Below, piece after piece: positions 57,595 to 64,000 of a stretch of DNA of 64,000 bases. The DNA lies in IMG/VR virus record IMGVR_UViG_3300043429_000467; one strand, 5' to 3'. The translations under genes were made by a program, and so were the position numbers. Under the pieces are notes generated by a model. It did no database searches. It had not been told where the DNA came from and worked only from the letters and a program-made list of their open reading frames with translations. The first letter of the stretch is position 1. Each line of letters begins with the position of its first letter. The DNA comes from a virus.

Positions 57595-58155
57595 TCAAAT
57601 ATATCTACTATGTTTAGGTAGTTTAGACTTTAAGTATTCCATTTGGTCAGCAACTACGTTTCTATTCTGTAGAATAAAGTGTTCCCATCTACAAGGTCTG
57701 TAAGGTAAAAACAACAATAACATATTAGCTTCTTCAGGTGTTCTATCTGCTTTCTTAGAGTTACAGTGCTTACATGAAGACACTGAGTTTTCCCAAGCAT
57801 TAGAACCACCACGACTTCTTGGATGTACGTGGTCTCTAGTCAAATCTTTTGATTCAAAGAATAGTCCACAGTAAGCACATAAGTTATGGTCTCGTCTGAA
57901 TAACAAAAAGTTACCGTGAGCATTCACAGTTTCTTTAGTATGCAATCTTCGAGTTTCACCTCTTACTGAGATGATAGACTTGATACTGATTTGAGATTGT
58001 AAACCATTCTTTTGATAGCCGCCATGAAACACTTGAAACTCAGTACCTAAGTCCCAAACAACTTTATCTGAGGCGTAGTAATGCACCGCTTCTTCGGGCA
58101 TCAGCCACTTGAAGGGATTACCTGCAATATCTAGTCCTAGTATACGTGCTTCCAT
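57595..58155 (-). CDS. HNH homing-type endonuclease
   Basis: CAYCGLFF...DHVHPRSRGGSNAWENSVSSCKHCNSKK (HNH motif with flanking Cys pairs). Inserted between tRNA genes. Confidence 0.75.
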   Translation of the reverse strand: MEARILGLDIAGNPFKWLMPEEAVHYYASDKVVWDLGTEFQVFHGGYQKNGLQSQISIKSIISVRGETRRLHTKETVNAHGNFLLFRRDHNLCAYCGLFFESKDLTRDHVHPRSRGGSNAWENSVSSCKHCNSKKADRTPEEANMLLLFLPYRPCRWEHFILQNRNVVADQMEYLKSKLPKHSRYI

Positions 58156-58204
58156 GATAGTCTCAAAAAAATAATTTAGATGTTATATGTATATATCTTT
58201 AAAA

Positions 58205-58281
58205 TTGGTGCGGAAGGAGGGAGTCGAACCCTCAAAACTCGGATTTTAAGTCCGATACGTATGCCAATTCCGTCACATCCG
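58205..58281 (-). tRNA. tRNA with anticodon UAA (Leu-type anticodon) but short 5-nt variable region
   Basis: Clean T-arm GAGGG/agtcgaa/CCCTC, 5-bp anticodon stem TCGGA/TCCGA, loop ctTAAaa. Total 77 nt, class I architecture. Confidence 0.5.
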
Positions 58282-58361
58282 CTTATTAAATTTAGAACGT
58301 TGCTGTTTCTGAACCCTAGTAGTAACAATAAAGTTAAAAAATTACAGCAACGCTCTAAAAC

Positions 58362-58438
58362 TGGTAGAAGTAGTGAGATTCGAACTCACGATAGGTTGCG
58401 TATGAAGCAACTGCATTAAGCCACTATGCTACACTTCT
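58362..58438 (-). tRNA. tRNA-Met or Ile2 (CAU), second copy
   Basis: T-arm GTGAG/attcgaa/CTCAC; anticodon stem GTTGC/GCAAC; loop ttCATac. Confidence 0.6.
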
Positions 58439-58650
58439 GTTAAAACTTTTTGCTTCATAAATTGGCAGTATGCTTTATAATCTTCATGCATTGCCTTTTG
58501 TATTAACTCATCAGTGCTTTTATAAAAAATATGTCCAACTAGTTTTAATCTAATAGACTCATATAAACAGTCCATCTTCAATTCTTCAGATGGAGGATAT
58601 TCTTTATAAAACTCTTCATAAGTTAACATAATAATCCTTTGGGGTGTCAT
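58429..58650 (-). CDS. Small hypothetical protein (73 aa)
   Basis: Intact ORF between tRNAs. Confidence 0.25.
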   Translation of the reverse strand: MTPQRIIMLTYEEFYKEYPPSEELKMDCLYESIRLKLVGHIFYKSTDELIQKAMHEDYKAYCQFMKQKVLTEV

Positions 58651-58718
58651 ACGAGATTTGAACTCGTGCTATAACATTCACAGTGTTAGGTGCTAACCAC
58701 TACACTAATGACACCATT
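58640..58718 (-). tRNA. tRNA-His (GUG)
   Basis: Anticodon loop ctGTGaa; discriminator C and extra 5' G(-1), consistent with His identity. Confidence 0.65.
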
Positions 58719-58721
58719 AAA

Positions 58722-58795
58722 TGGCTCCGGTGGAGGGAGTCGAACCCCCGCCAAGAGGTTTGGAGTCTCTTGTGCTACCGTAACACTTCACCGGA
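58722..58795 (-). tRNA. tRNA-Trp (CCA)
   Basis: Anticodon loop ctCCAaa; acceptor stem perfectly complementary. Confidence 0.55.
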
Positions 58796-58802
58796 ATAAA
58801 AC

Positions 58803-58879
58803 TGGAGGATAGAGTGAGATTCGAACTCACGAACCACTGCTTTGCAGGCAGGTACCTTAGACCACTCGGTCATCTATCC
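58803..58879 (-). tRNA. tRNA-Cys (GCA)
   Basis: T-arm GTGAG/attcgaa/CTCAC; anticodon loop ctGCAaa. Confidence 0.55.
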
Positions 58880-59101
58880 TTAACAACAACCTGCATCTGG
58901 AAAAATAAATACTTTTTCTTCAGCAGAATCATCAGTATTATATTCAATAAATGTGTTAATTTCTTCTTGTGCAAATGTAACACCTTCATTCTCTGCTAAA
59001 AACGTAGCATCAGCTAGATTATCAGCAACTACAACTAACCCGCCATCTGAATGGTAATTGTCAGTTAGATTAGCAATCCTTGTCCAAATAAAAACTTTCA
59101 T
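58880..59101 (-). CDS. Small hypothetical protein (73 aa)
   Basis: Intact ORF. Confidence 0.25.
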   Translation of the reverse strand: MKVFIWTRIANLTDNYHSDGGLVVVADNLADATFLAENEGVTFAQEEINTFIEYNTDDSAEEKVFIFPDAGCC

Positions 59102-59104
59102 AAT

Positions 59105-59521
59105 CTACTCCAATGGAAATAATTCTTTAAATTTTGCAGTCATTACATCAATTAAAACTGGATGACGATAATCGTAGTCATCTTCAATTTCTAAATTAAT
59201 TACTTGTTTAAAATCAAAATCAAATGTCCAATTATCCATATCATTAAACATTTTGTTTTGCATTGTATTGATATGTAATTGTTGAATACTATCCATCACT
59301 AGAATAACATCAGCCCAAATAATCAAAGCTTCAGTCACAGGAATAATCGCATATTCTGCACTAGTTCCTGCACATCTAGTATTGAAGTTCCATGGTTCTG
59401 AACTAAGAATATGTGCCGCTGTAGGACTTCTTAGACATCCTGCTGAACATACAGTCAATACTTTCTTATGCTTTCCTTGATAAGCATTGAATATCACCCC
59501 AAGTTGGTTTCTTTTTAGCAT
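59105..59521 (-). CDS. Low-molecular-weight phosphotyrosine phosphatase / ArsC-family fold protein (tentative)
   Basis: VLTVCSAGCLRSPTAAHIL resembles the P-loop CX5R(S/T) signature of the LMW-PTP family. Confidence 0.4.
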   Translation of the reverse strand: MLKRNQLGVIFNAYQGKHKKVLTVCSAGCLRSPTAAHILSSEPWNFNTRCAGTSAEYAIIPVTEALIIWADVILVMDSIQQLHINTMQNKMFNDMDNWTFDFDFKQVINLEIEDDYDYRHPVLIDVMTAKFKELFPLE

Positions 59522-59690
59522 TCTTACTTTCCTTAATAAAAATCTTTAGTGTTCTACCTTCATCTTGAAGACTAAACTCTAATGATTCTACATTCCAATT
59601 AGTATAACTACGACCTTTACCATCAATCACTTCAACTCTAGTGACATCATAATAAGGCTCTTCAAATCTATTAATATGCGGATTGGTCAT
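59466..59690 (-). CDS. Small hypothetical protein (74 aa; 5' end overlaps neighbour)
   Basis: ORF overlapping the phosphatase-like gene by 56 nt; true start uncertain. Confidence 0.2.
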   Translation of the reverse strand: MTNPHINRFEEPYYDVTRVEVIDGKGRSYTNWNVESLEFSLQDEGRTLKIFIKESKNAKKKPTWGDIQCLSRKA

Positions 59691-60243
59691 GGAATGTAAA
59701 TCCTTTATTCTTAAATTTTTGTAATCGCCACTCTTTAATAAATTTGATATCAGTATTATAGATTAGCTTCTTATTCATACATGCGTCATACTGTTCTCGT
59801 GAGATAAACAACTTATCTTGCATCAACAAATAGTAAGGTTTGCAATGAACAAAGTCAAAATGATTTCGAACATCATTAGGATGTCCTGCAAACGTGAAGA
59901 TGAATGAGTCATCAGTCTTCATGGTAATCGCATTAGCGGTAATCATTTTACCATTATTATCTGCGTGTTCCATGTAATTGATATTGACTTCTTTAATCTC
60001 ATCATCATAATTCTTTTCTATGTGTTCTTTAAATGTTACGGCAGAATCTTGGTCATAGAAATAAAAGTCCCAATCTTTAGGTATTTCGCCCCTTAATAGA
60101 GAACCGATTGCACCACCTGAAAGATACACGGCATCATTTTCATACAGCATTTTCCACCAATCAAAATTCTTCAATGCTTCCATATGGAATTTAATGGTGT
60201 CTTTTACATCTTTAATTTTATTCTTTTCGTTTTCAGTAAACAT
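59671..60243 (-). CDS. Polymerase-beta-type nucleotidyltransferase-fold protein (tentative)
   Basis: LSGGAIGSLLRGEIPKDWDFYFYD fits a G[SG]-x8-DxD NTase signature. Confidence 0.35.
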   Translation of the reverse strand: MFTENEKNKIKDVKDTIKFHMEALKNFDWWKMLYENDAVYLSGGAIGSLLRGEIPKDWDFYFYDQDSAVTFKEHIEKNYDDEIKEVNINYMEHADNNGKMITANAITMKTDDSFIFTFAGHPNDVRNHFDFVHCKPYYLLMQDKLFISREQYDACMNKKLIYNTDIKFIKEWRLQKFKNKGFTFHDQSAY

Positions 60244-60307
60244 ACAATCACCTAATCATAATATAAAATAATCATACATCAAAATTAATTTAATGTAAAG
60301 CATTATT

Positions 60308-60383
60308 TGGTAGGACCCCTCGGAATCGAACCGAGTCCTCAGCGTCTTCAGCGCCACGTACTGACCACATATACGTGAGTCCT
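60308..60383 (-). tRNA. tRNA-Phe (GAA)
   Basis: T-arm CTCGG/aatcgaa/CCGAG; anticodon loop ctGAAga; stem has two G-U pairs. Confidence 0.55.
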
Positions 60384-60385
60384 AT

Positions 60386-60461
60386 TGGTACTCGAAGAGA
60401 GAATCGAACTCTCATTTGACGATTATCGGTCGTCTGTTCTAAACCGTTGAACTATTCGAGC
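60386..60461 (-). tRNA. tRNA-Ile (GAU)
   Basis: T-arm GAGAG/aatcgaa/CTCTC; anticodon stem GACGA/TCGTC; loop ccGATaa. Confidence 0.6.
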
Positions 60462-60462
60462 A

Positions 60463-60963
60463 TTAATAAACAACATTATAGCAACAATTAAGTACTACTC
60501 TCTCAATATTGCTATTCTTAACTTGTTCTACTTTATGATAATACCAAGGCATCATATTAACAAAAATACATGTTCCATATTTTGGATATACTGTGAACAC
60601 TTCTTCTTGAGCATTCTTGAAACTGATAGAACCACCAGTTTCTTCGTTCATATCATTAAAGTATACTAAAGCAAACAGATTCCAACCTTCTCTTAAATCG
60701 TTGTGCCAATCACAACTAGTTGGTTCTGTACCTTTCCATAATTCTGTTTTTCCAACATCTACAGATTGAAACGACTTGTTTAATATTGTAACAAGCTTTT
60801 CATTAATAGATTTTATAGCGTTATCTAAATTGTCATCATCTTTAGGTTCATATACATTGTTTAAATGTTCGTCTTTCCATATGATTAATTTTAAATCAAC
60901 ATCCGATAACAACTCAGAAATGTCGATTTGATGATAACCTTTTTCTATTAAATCATTTATCAT
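60463..60963 (-). CDS. 2OG-Fe(II) oxygenase-like protein (tentative)
   Basis: WHNDLREG (HxD) and downstream YYHKVE...ERVV, with spacing compatible with a prolyl-hydroxylase-type facial triad. Confidence 0.35.
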   Translation of the reverse strand: MINDLIEKGYHQIDISELLSDVDLKLIIWKDEHLNNVYEPKDDDNLDNAIKSINEKLVTILNKSFQSVDVGKTELWKGTEPTSCDWHNDLREGWNLFALVYFNDMNEETGGSISFKNAQEEVFTVYPKYGTCIFVNMMPWYYHKVEQVKNSNIERVVLNCCYNVVY

Positions 60964-60975
60964 AATCTTCCTTTA

Positions 60976-61051
60976 TTGGACCCCTCTGCAAGAATCGAAC
61001 TTGCATCATAACGTTCGTAGCGTTGTATTCTAATCCATTGAACTAAAAGGG
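60976..61051 (-). tRNA. tRNA-Arg (ACG)
   Basis: T-arm GCAAG/aatcgaa/CTTGC; anticodon loop ctACGaa. Confidence 0.5.
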
Positions 61052-61057
61052 GTAAAA

Positions 61058-61132
61058 CTGGCGACTCGTGGGGGAATCGAACCCCCGTATCCTACTAGAC
61101 AGGCAGGCATAATAACCATTATATCAACGAGT
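61058..61132 (-). tRNA. tRNA-Asp (GUC)
   Basis: T-arm GGGGG/aatcgaa/CCCCC; anticodon loop ctGTCta. Confidence 0.6.
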
Positions 61133-61183
61133 CAAAAAACTTTCAAGCAATTGTTTTCAGCAATCGATGAAAGCCGTGTTACA

Positions 61184-61258
61184 TGGTGCCCCGTGACGGA
61201 TTCGAACCGCCATAACCTGATTACAAAACAGGCATAATAGCCTTTATATGAACAGGGC
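61184..61258 (-). tRNA. tRNA-Thr (UGU)
   Basis: Anticodon loop ttTGTaa; acceptor with one G-U. Confidence 0.55.
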
Positions 61259-61263
61259 AAAAC

Positions 61264-61340
61264 TGGTACTCAGTGAAGGAATCGAACCTTCCTAAGCTAT
61301 CTTGTAAGGATAGTCTCTAGCCAATCGAGTCAACTGAGTA
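61264..61340 (-). tRNA. tRNA-Val (UAC)
   Basis: T-arm GAAGG/aatcgaa/CCTTC; anticodon stem CTATC/GATAG; loop ctTACaa. Confidence 0.55.
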
Positions 61341-61344
61341 TAAT

Positions 61345-61419
61345 TGGTGGAATAGGCGAGACTCGAACTCGCAACAGTCTGCTTGCAAAGCAGGTGAACT
61401 CCCATTGTTCTACTACCCC
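61345..61419 (-). tRNA. tRNA-Ala (UGC)
   Basis: Anticodon loop ttTGCaa; acceptor stem carries a G3-U70 pair, the Ala identity element. Confidence 0.6.
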
Positions 61420-61425
61420 AAAACT

Positions 61426-61500
61426 TGGTCTCTCAGGTAGGACTCGAACCTACATCGTCTACGCCCCAAACGTAGTGACCAACCTCTGGCCCACTGAGAG
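61426..61500 (-). tRNA. tRNA-Pro (UGG)
   Basis: Anticodon stem CTACG/CGTAG; loop ttTGGgg. Confidence 0.6.
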
Positions 61501-61507
61501 TTAAAAC

Positions 61508-61584
61508 TGGCTGTGTACCTAGGATTCGAACCTAGCGCATCTTGATTAACAGTCAAGCCTTCTCACCTAGAGAAGTCGTACACA
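61508..61584 (-). tRNA. tRNA-Asn (GUU)
   Basis: T-arm CTAGG/attcgaa/CCTAG; anticodon stem CTTGA/TCAAG; loop ctGTTaa; perfect acceptor. Confidence 0.65.
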
Positions 61585-61592
61585 ATAAAACT

Positions 61593-61669
61593 TGGTACCC
61601 TTAGAAGGATTCGAACCTTCAAATTTCTGTTTCTAAGACAGACTCCTTTACCAATTTGGACATAAGGGC
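61593..61669 (-). tRNA. tRNA with anticodon UAG (Leu-type anticodon) but short variable region
   Basis: T-arm GAAGG/attcgaa/CCTTC; anticodon stem TCTGT/ACAGA; loop ctTAGaa; 77 nt, class I architecture. Confidence 0.5.
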
Positions 61670-61677
61670 ATTAAACT

Positions 61678-61767
61678 TGGCGGAAGTTTAGGGAATCGAA
61701 CCCTCGACGATTACTCGTTCCTACTGTTTAGCAAACAGTGCTAGTTTCCCTGACTAGATAAACTTCC
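61678..61767 (-). tRNA. tRNA-Ser (GCU), class II with long variable arm
   Basis: 90 nt; anticodon stem ACTGT/ACAGT; loop ttGCTaa; ~17-nt variable arm. Confidence 0.6.
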
Positions 61768-61837
61768 ATATTGAGCGGTTTGCCGTACTCTCCTAACCTC
61801 GAATACATTATGTTACGGCTTTCTCTCAAACTAAAAC

Positions 61838-61928
61838 TGGCGGAGGGATGGCGGAATCGAACCCCTGGCAATCTCTTGCTCGCTCTGCTTTCAAAACAGA
61901 CGCACTATCCCCGAGTGCATAACCCTCC
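61838..61928 (-). tRNA. tRNA-Ser (UGA), class II
   Basis: ~90 nt; anticodon loop ttTGAaa; variable-arm hairpin GCAA/tctc/TTGC. Confidence 0.5.
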
Positions 61929-61935
61929 ATTACTG

Positions 61936-62013
61936 ATTTGTAGTCTAGGGAATCGAACCCTAATAAAATCTAGAATACGGTGTCAATCGACACTTATTAG
62001 TCCAACCCTACAA
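61936..62013 (-). tRNA. tRNA-like element, possibly degenerate (anticodon not resolved)
   Basis: Good T-arm TAGGG/aatcgaa/CCCTA and partial acceptor complementarity (tttgtag / ctacaaa), but no encoded CCA and no canonical anticodon arm; an internal hairpin GTGTC/aatc/GACAC is present. Confidence 0.3.
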
Positions 62014-62016
62014 AAC

Positions 62017-62093
62017 TGGCAGCCGTGGTGAGATTCGAACTCACTATGTACTAGCTTCAAAGACTAGTGCACTTCCTGTCGTGCGTCACGGCA
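62017..62093 (-). tRNA. tRNA-Gln (UUG)
   Basis: T-arm GTGAG/attcgaa/CTCAC; anticodon arm ACTAG(T)/ctTTGaa/(G)CTAGT with a 6th U-G pair closing a 7-nt loop (or a 9-nt loop alternative). Confidence 0.45.
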
Positions 62094-62101
62094 ATAAATC
62101 T

Positions 62102-62176
62102 TGGTGGGAGCACAGGGACTCGAACCCTGAATGATTGATTAAAAGTCAACTGTGATAACCATTTCACCATACTCCC
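62102..62176 (-). tRNA. tRNA-Lys (UUU)
   Basis: T-arm CAGGG/actcgaa/CCCTG; anticodon loop ctTTTaa. Confidence 0.6.
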
Positions 62177-62218
62177 AAAACTTGGCTCGTTTTTATAGAG
62201 GTGAACACTCCTCATGTT

Positions 62219-62304
62219 TGGTGAGTGTTGTAGGATTCGAACCTACTAAGCACGAGGCAACTGGGTTACAGCCAGCCGAGACACTCCAACGTCCCCGAAC
62301 ACTC
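62219..62304 (-). tRNA. tRNA-Tyr (GUA), class II
   Basis: 86 nt; T-arm GTAGG/attcgaa/CCTAC; anticodon loop ctGTAac; 13-nt variable arm; perfect 7-bp acceptor (gagtgtt / aacactc). Confidence 0.6.
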
Positions 62305-62376
62305 ATTAAACCATACAGAAGCATACTGAACGACCCCAGCAACTACGTTGAAGGCGCCGAACAATACGCTTTTGTA

Positions 62377-62452
62377 TGGTACACGGTACGGGAATCGAAC
62401 CCGTCCTACTGACGTGAAAGGCCAGTGTTCTAAACCGATAAACTAACCGTGT
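62377..62452 (-). tRNA. tRNA-Glu (UUC)
   Basis: T-arm ACGGG/aatcgaa/CCCGT; anticodon loop ctTTCac; perfect acceptor. Confidence 0.6.
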
Positions 62453-62501
62453 ATATAACATCTAAATTGTTAATGAACGATAAAACTAAACTACTAAAAA
62501 C

Positions 62502-62530
62502 AAAAAACCCGACTTTTTTAGGGTCGGGTT
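62502..62530 (-). terminator. Hairpin terminator / processing structure upstream of the tRNA array
   Basis: aaaaa-ACCCGAC-tttttta-GGGTCGGGTT; a second perfect complement AACCCGACCC at 62563-62572 allows an alternative long-range pairing. Confidence 0.5.
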
Positions 62531-62970
62531 CTATAAATTTATTATGATACTCTAAACTTACAAACCCGACCCTCGTTTCTCAATCGCATAATCCCATGAG
62601 CGTGAGCCAGCATTCATCGGCTGTGCATTAAACACTGCTAATAAATTGCTCGTACTGAGATGTAAGTTTGTTTTGTTCATACGTTTATTTATACAACTTT
62701 TTTCTAAAAAATTAAAAAATTTAAAAAATACTTTTAAAATGTGTCATCCAGAAGTTTAGCATAATATGAATACAAGTAATCATTTCTACTATTCTCATGA
62801 ACCACCATATTCTATCTCGTTCAGGATGTTTCATAATTGGTTGCGGTCGAACGAATTGCACGTTGTCTCTAGCTTATGAGGCTAGCGAGTTTCTGTTACT
62901 CTACCACCGCAATATTCTTAATCAATCTTATTTATAAAAAATTATATTCTATTTATAACAGTTTGTCAAC

Positions 62971-63228
62971 TTATTTATCTAAATTCTTATAAGTCACTTC
63001 ACCATTTTCATCTTCATAAGAGACACCAGCCCAAAAGAAAGGTTTCTCTTTGAATACTTTAGCTTGCTCTTCAGAGTATTCATTAATATCAATCTTCAAT
63101 AGACCTAGGTATTCTTCCCAATTGTAGTCTGCTTTATCAGCAATCTCAAAAGCTTTCTCTTTAGATTCAGCTTCAATTACATATACATGTCTAAATGTAC
63201 TGAGTGTTTCAACAATATATCTTGGCAT
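62971..63228 (-). CDS. Small acidic hypothetical protein (85 aa)
   Basis: Intact ORF. Confidence 0.3.
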   Translation of the reverse strand: MPRYIVETLSTFRHVYVIEAESKEKAFEIADKADYNWEEYLGLLKIDINEYSEEQAKVFKEKPFFWAGVSYEDENGEVTYKNLDK

Positions 63229-63608
63229 TATTCATCAACTTTCTCTATAATTAAATCACAATCAATAATCATTTCAGTATCTCCTGCAATCCAGCCATGT
63301 TCTTCTAAATCAAATACTGAATTATCTTCTAGAAATTCTTCTAACCATTCTTTAGTTTCGTCATCACACTCGTCGGTGTCGTGTTCTTCCCAACAACCAT
63401 CAGAAGTCTCAACTAATTCGGTTTCATAATCACAACTGTATATATCTACTCCGGCTTCGATGTCTGGAGGATTATCATCTTCAGTCTCAACTAAAAATTC
63501 ACCCCAACGCCAACCAGTTTCTACAATTAATCTTTCATCGCCTTTTATCCACTCTTGACGCTCGACGATAGATTTCTTTATACTAGGTTTTACTGACCAC
63601 GTTGCCAT
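63228..63608 (-). CDS. Acidic hypothetical protein (126 aa)
   Basis: Intact ORF, Glu/Asp-rich, overlapping start/stop with neighbours. Confidence 0.3.
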   Translation of the reverse strand: MATWSVKPSIKKSIVERQEWIKGDERLIVETGWRWGEFLVETEDDNPPDIEAGVDIYSCDYETELVETSDGCWEEHDTDECDDETKEWLEEFLEDNSVFDLEEHGWIAGDTEMIIDCDLIIEKVDE

Positions 63609-63613
63609 TTTAA

Positions 63614-63886
63614 TTACTCCACTGAATATGTGACTTCATAGCCACCTTTACGGTCTGTCCACCAATCATCTTGGTCGAGCCATTCCCAATCTAAATAAAC
63701 ACCGACTTCATCAGCATCAACTAATACCTCATCAAAATCCAATTCGCCGGATTCTAGTTGTTGCAACTTAAGTTTAATCTCAGACTCATCTGAATCTGGA
63801 TAAATTTCTGATAAAACATCTTCATCAATAGCAATACCATAACGTTTTTCGACTTGATGCCATTCAGATTTTACGACTTGAACCAT
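63614..63886 (-). CDS. Acidic hypothetical protein (90 aa)
   Basis: Intact ORF. Confidence 0.3.
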   Translation of the reverse strand: MVQVVKSEWHQVEKRYGIAIDEDVLSEIYPDSDESEIKLKLQQLESGELDFDEVLVDADEVGVYLDWEWLDQDDWWTDRKGGYEVTYSVE

Positions 63887-64000
63887 TTAATTTTCTCCTA
63901 GTCCTTTAATTGACTCAATTCAACTTCAAAATCTACTAGAGAATCCCATCTAAAACTACGCCAGCCTTCATTATCTAAGTCATAAACAGCTTGCACATCT

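Noticed and set aside
58180-58999. Track ORFs 58180-58419 (+) and 58814-58999 (+)
   Set aside because: They run across the minus-strand tRNA genes (acceptor/T-arm sequences translate spuriously); not coding.
62203-62209. Extra copy of AACACTC (the tRNA-Tyr 5' acceptor sequence) just outside the tRNA-Tyr 3' end
   Set aside because: It lies outside the 86-nt tRNA and would create only a tiny hairpin with the 3' acceptor strand. Probably a chance or duplication remnant, and not enough for a separate call.
61771-62412. Track ORFs 61771-62031 (+) and 62152-62412 (+)
   Set aside because: They span multiple tRNA genes on the opposite strand; artefacts of the stop-poor tRNA sequence.
56275-62452. 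Possibility that the repeated attcgaa / aatcgaa motifs are a CRISPR array or tandem repeat
   Set aside because: The units are not regularly spaced and do not have identical repeats. Each unit folds as a tRNA cloverleaf with different anticodons; the conserved motif is the T-loop.

Overview
AT-rich (about 35% GC by eye) segment of a distant T4-like myovirus genome. Calls rest on remembered similarity to T4 proteins, read from the six-frame translations; no database search was run. 1-15.8 kb (minus strand): baseplate/hub module with recognisable homologs of T4 gp8, gp7, gp6, gp25, gp5 (split into OB-fold and beta-helix ORFs, no lysozyme domain), gp27 and gp53. 15.8-20.6 kb (plus strand): gp4 head completion, gp2-like, a tail-tube-family protein and a tape-measure-like protein. 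20.6-25 kb (minus): replication block gp32 SSB - gp59 helicase loader - gp33-like - DsbA-like, then a secreted SNase-like nuclease and a SleB-like hydrolase. 25.8-43.5 kb (minus): about 21 kb of small early-type genes driven by at least 8 near-identical sigma70-type promoters (TTGACA-N16-TATACT). This region holds a metallophosphoesterase plus RNA ligase pair, DexA-like exonuclease, SPFH lipoprotein, PhoH and a GDSL hydrolase. 43.7-48.1 kb (minus): GT2 glycosyltransferase, cytidylyltransferase-cupin protein, RNase H (rnh), a true GroES homolog and a GIY-YIG-like ORF. 48.2-55.7 kb (plus): a moron island encoding curli-type secretion components CsgF-like and CsgG, a curlin-repeat protein, a FecR-domain protein, an autotransporter-like beta-barrel protein and a CHASE2-sensor class III nucleotidyl cyclase. 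This is the most unusual content of the window. 56.3-62.5 kb (minus): an array of about 24 tRNA genes with an HNH endonuclease and several enzyme-like ORFs inserted. Two of the tRNAs carry Leu anticodons (UAA, UAG) but have short variable arms. 62.9-64 kb: small acidic ORFs.
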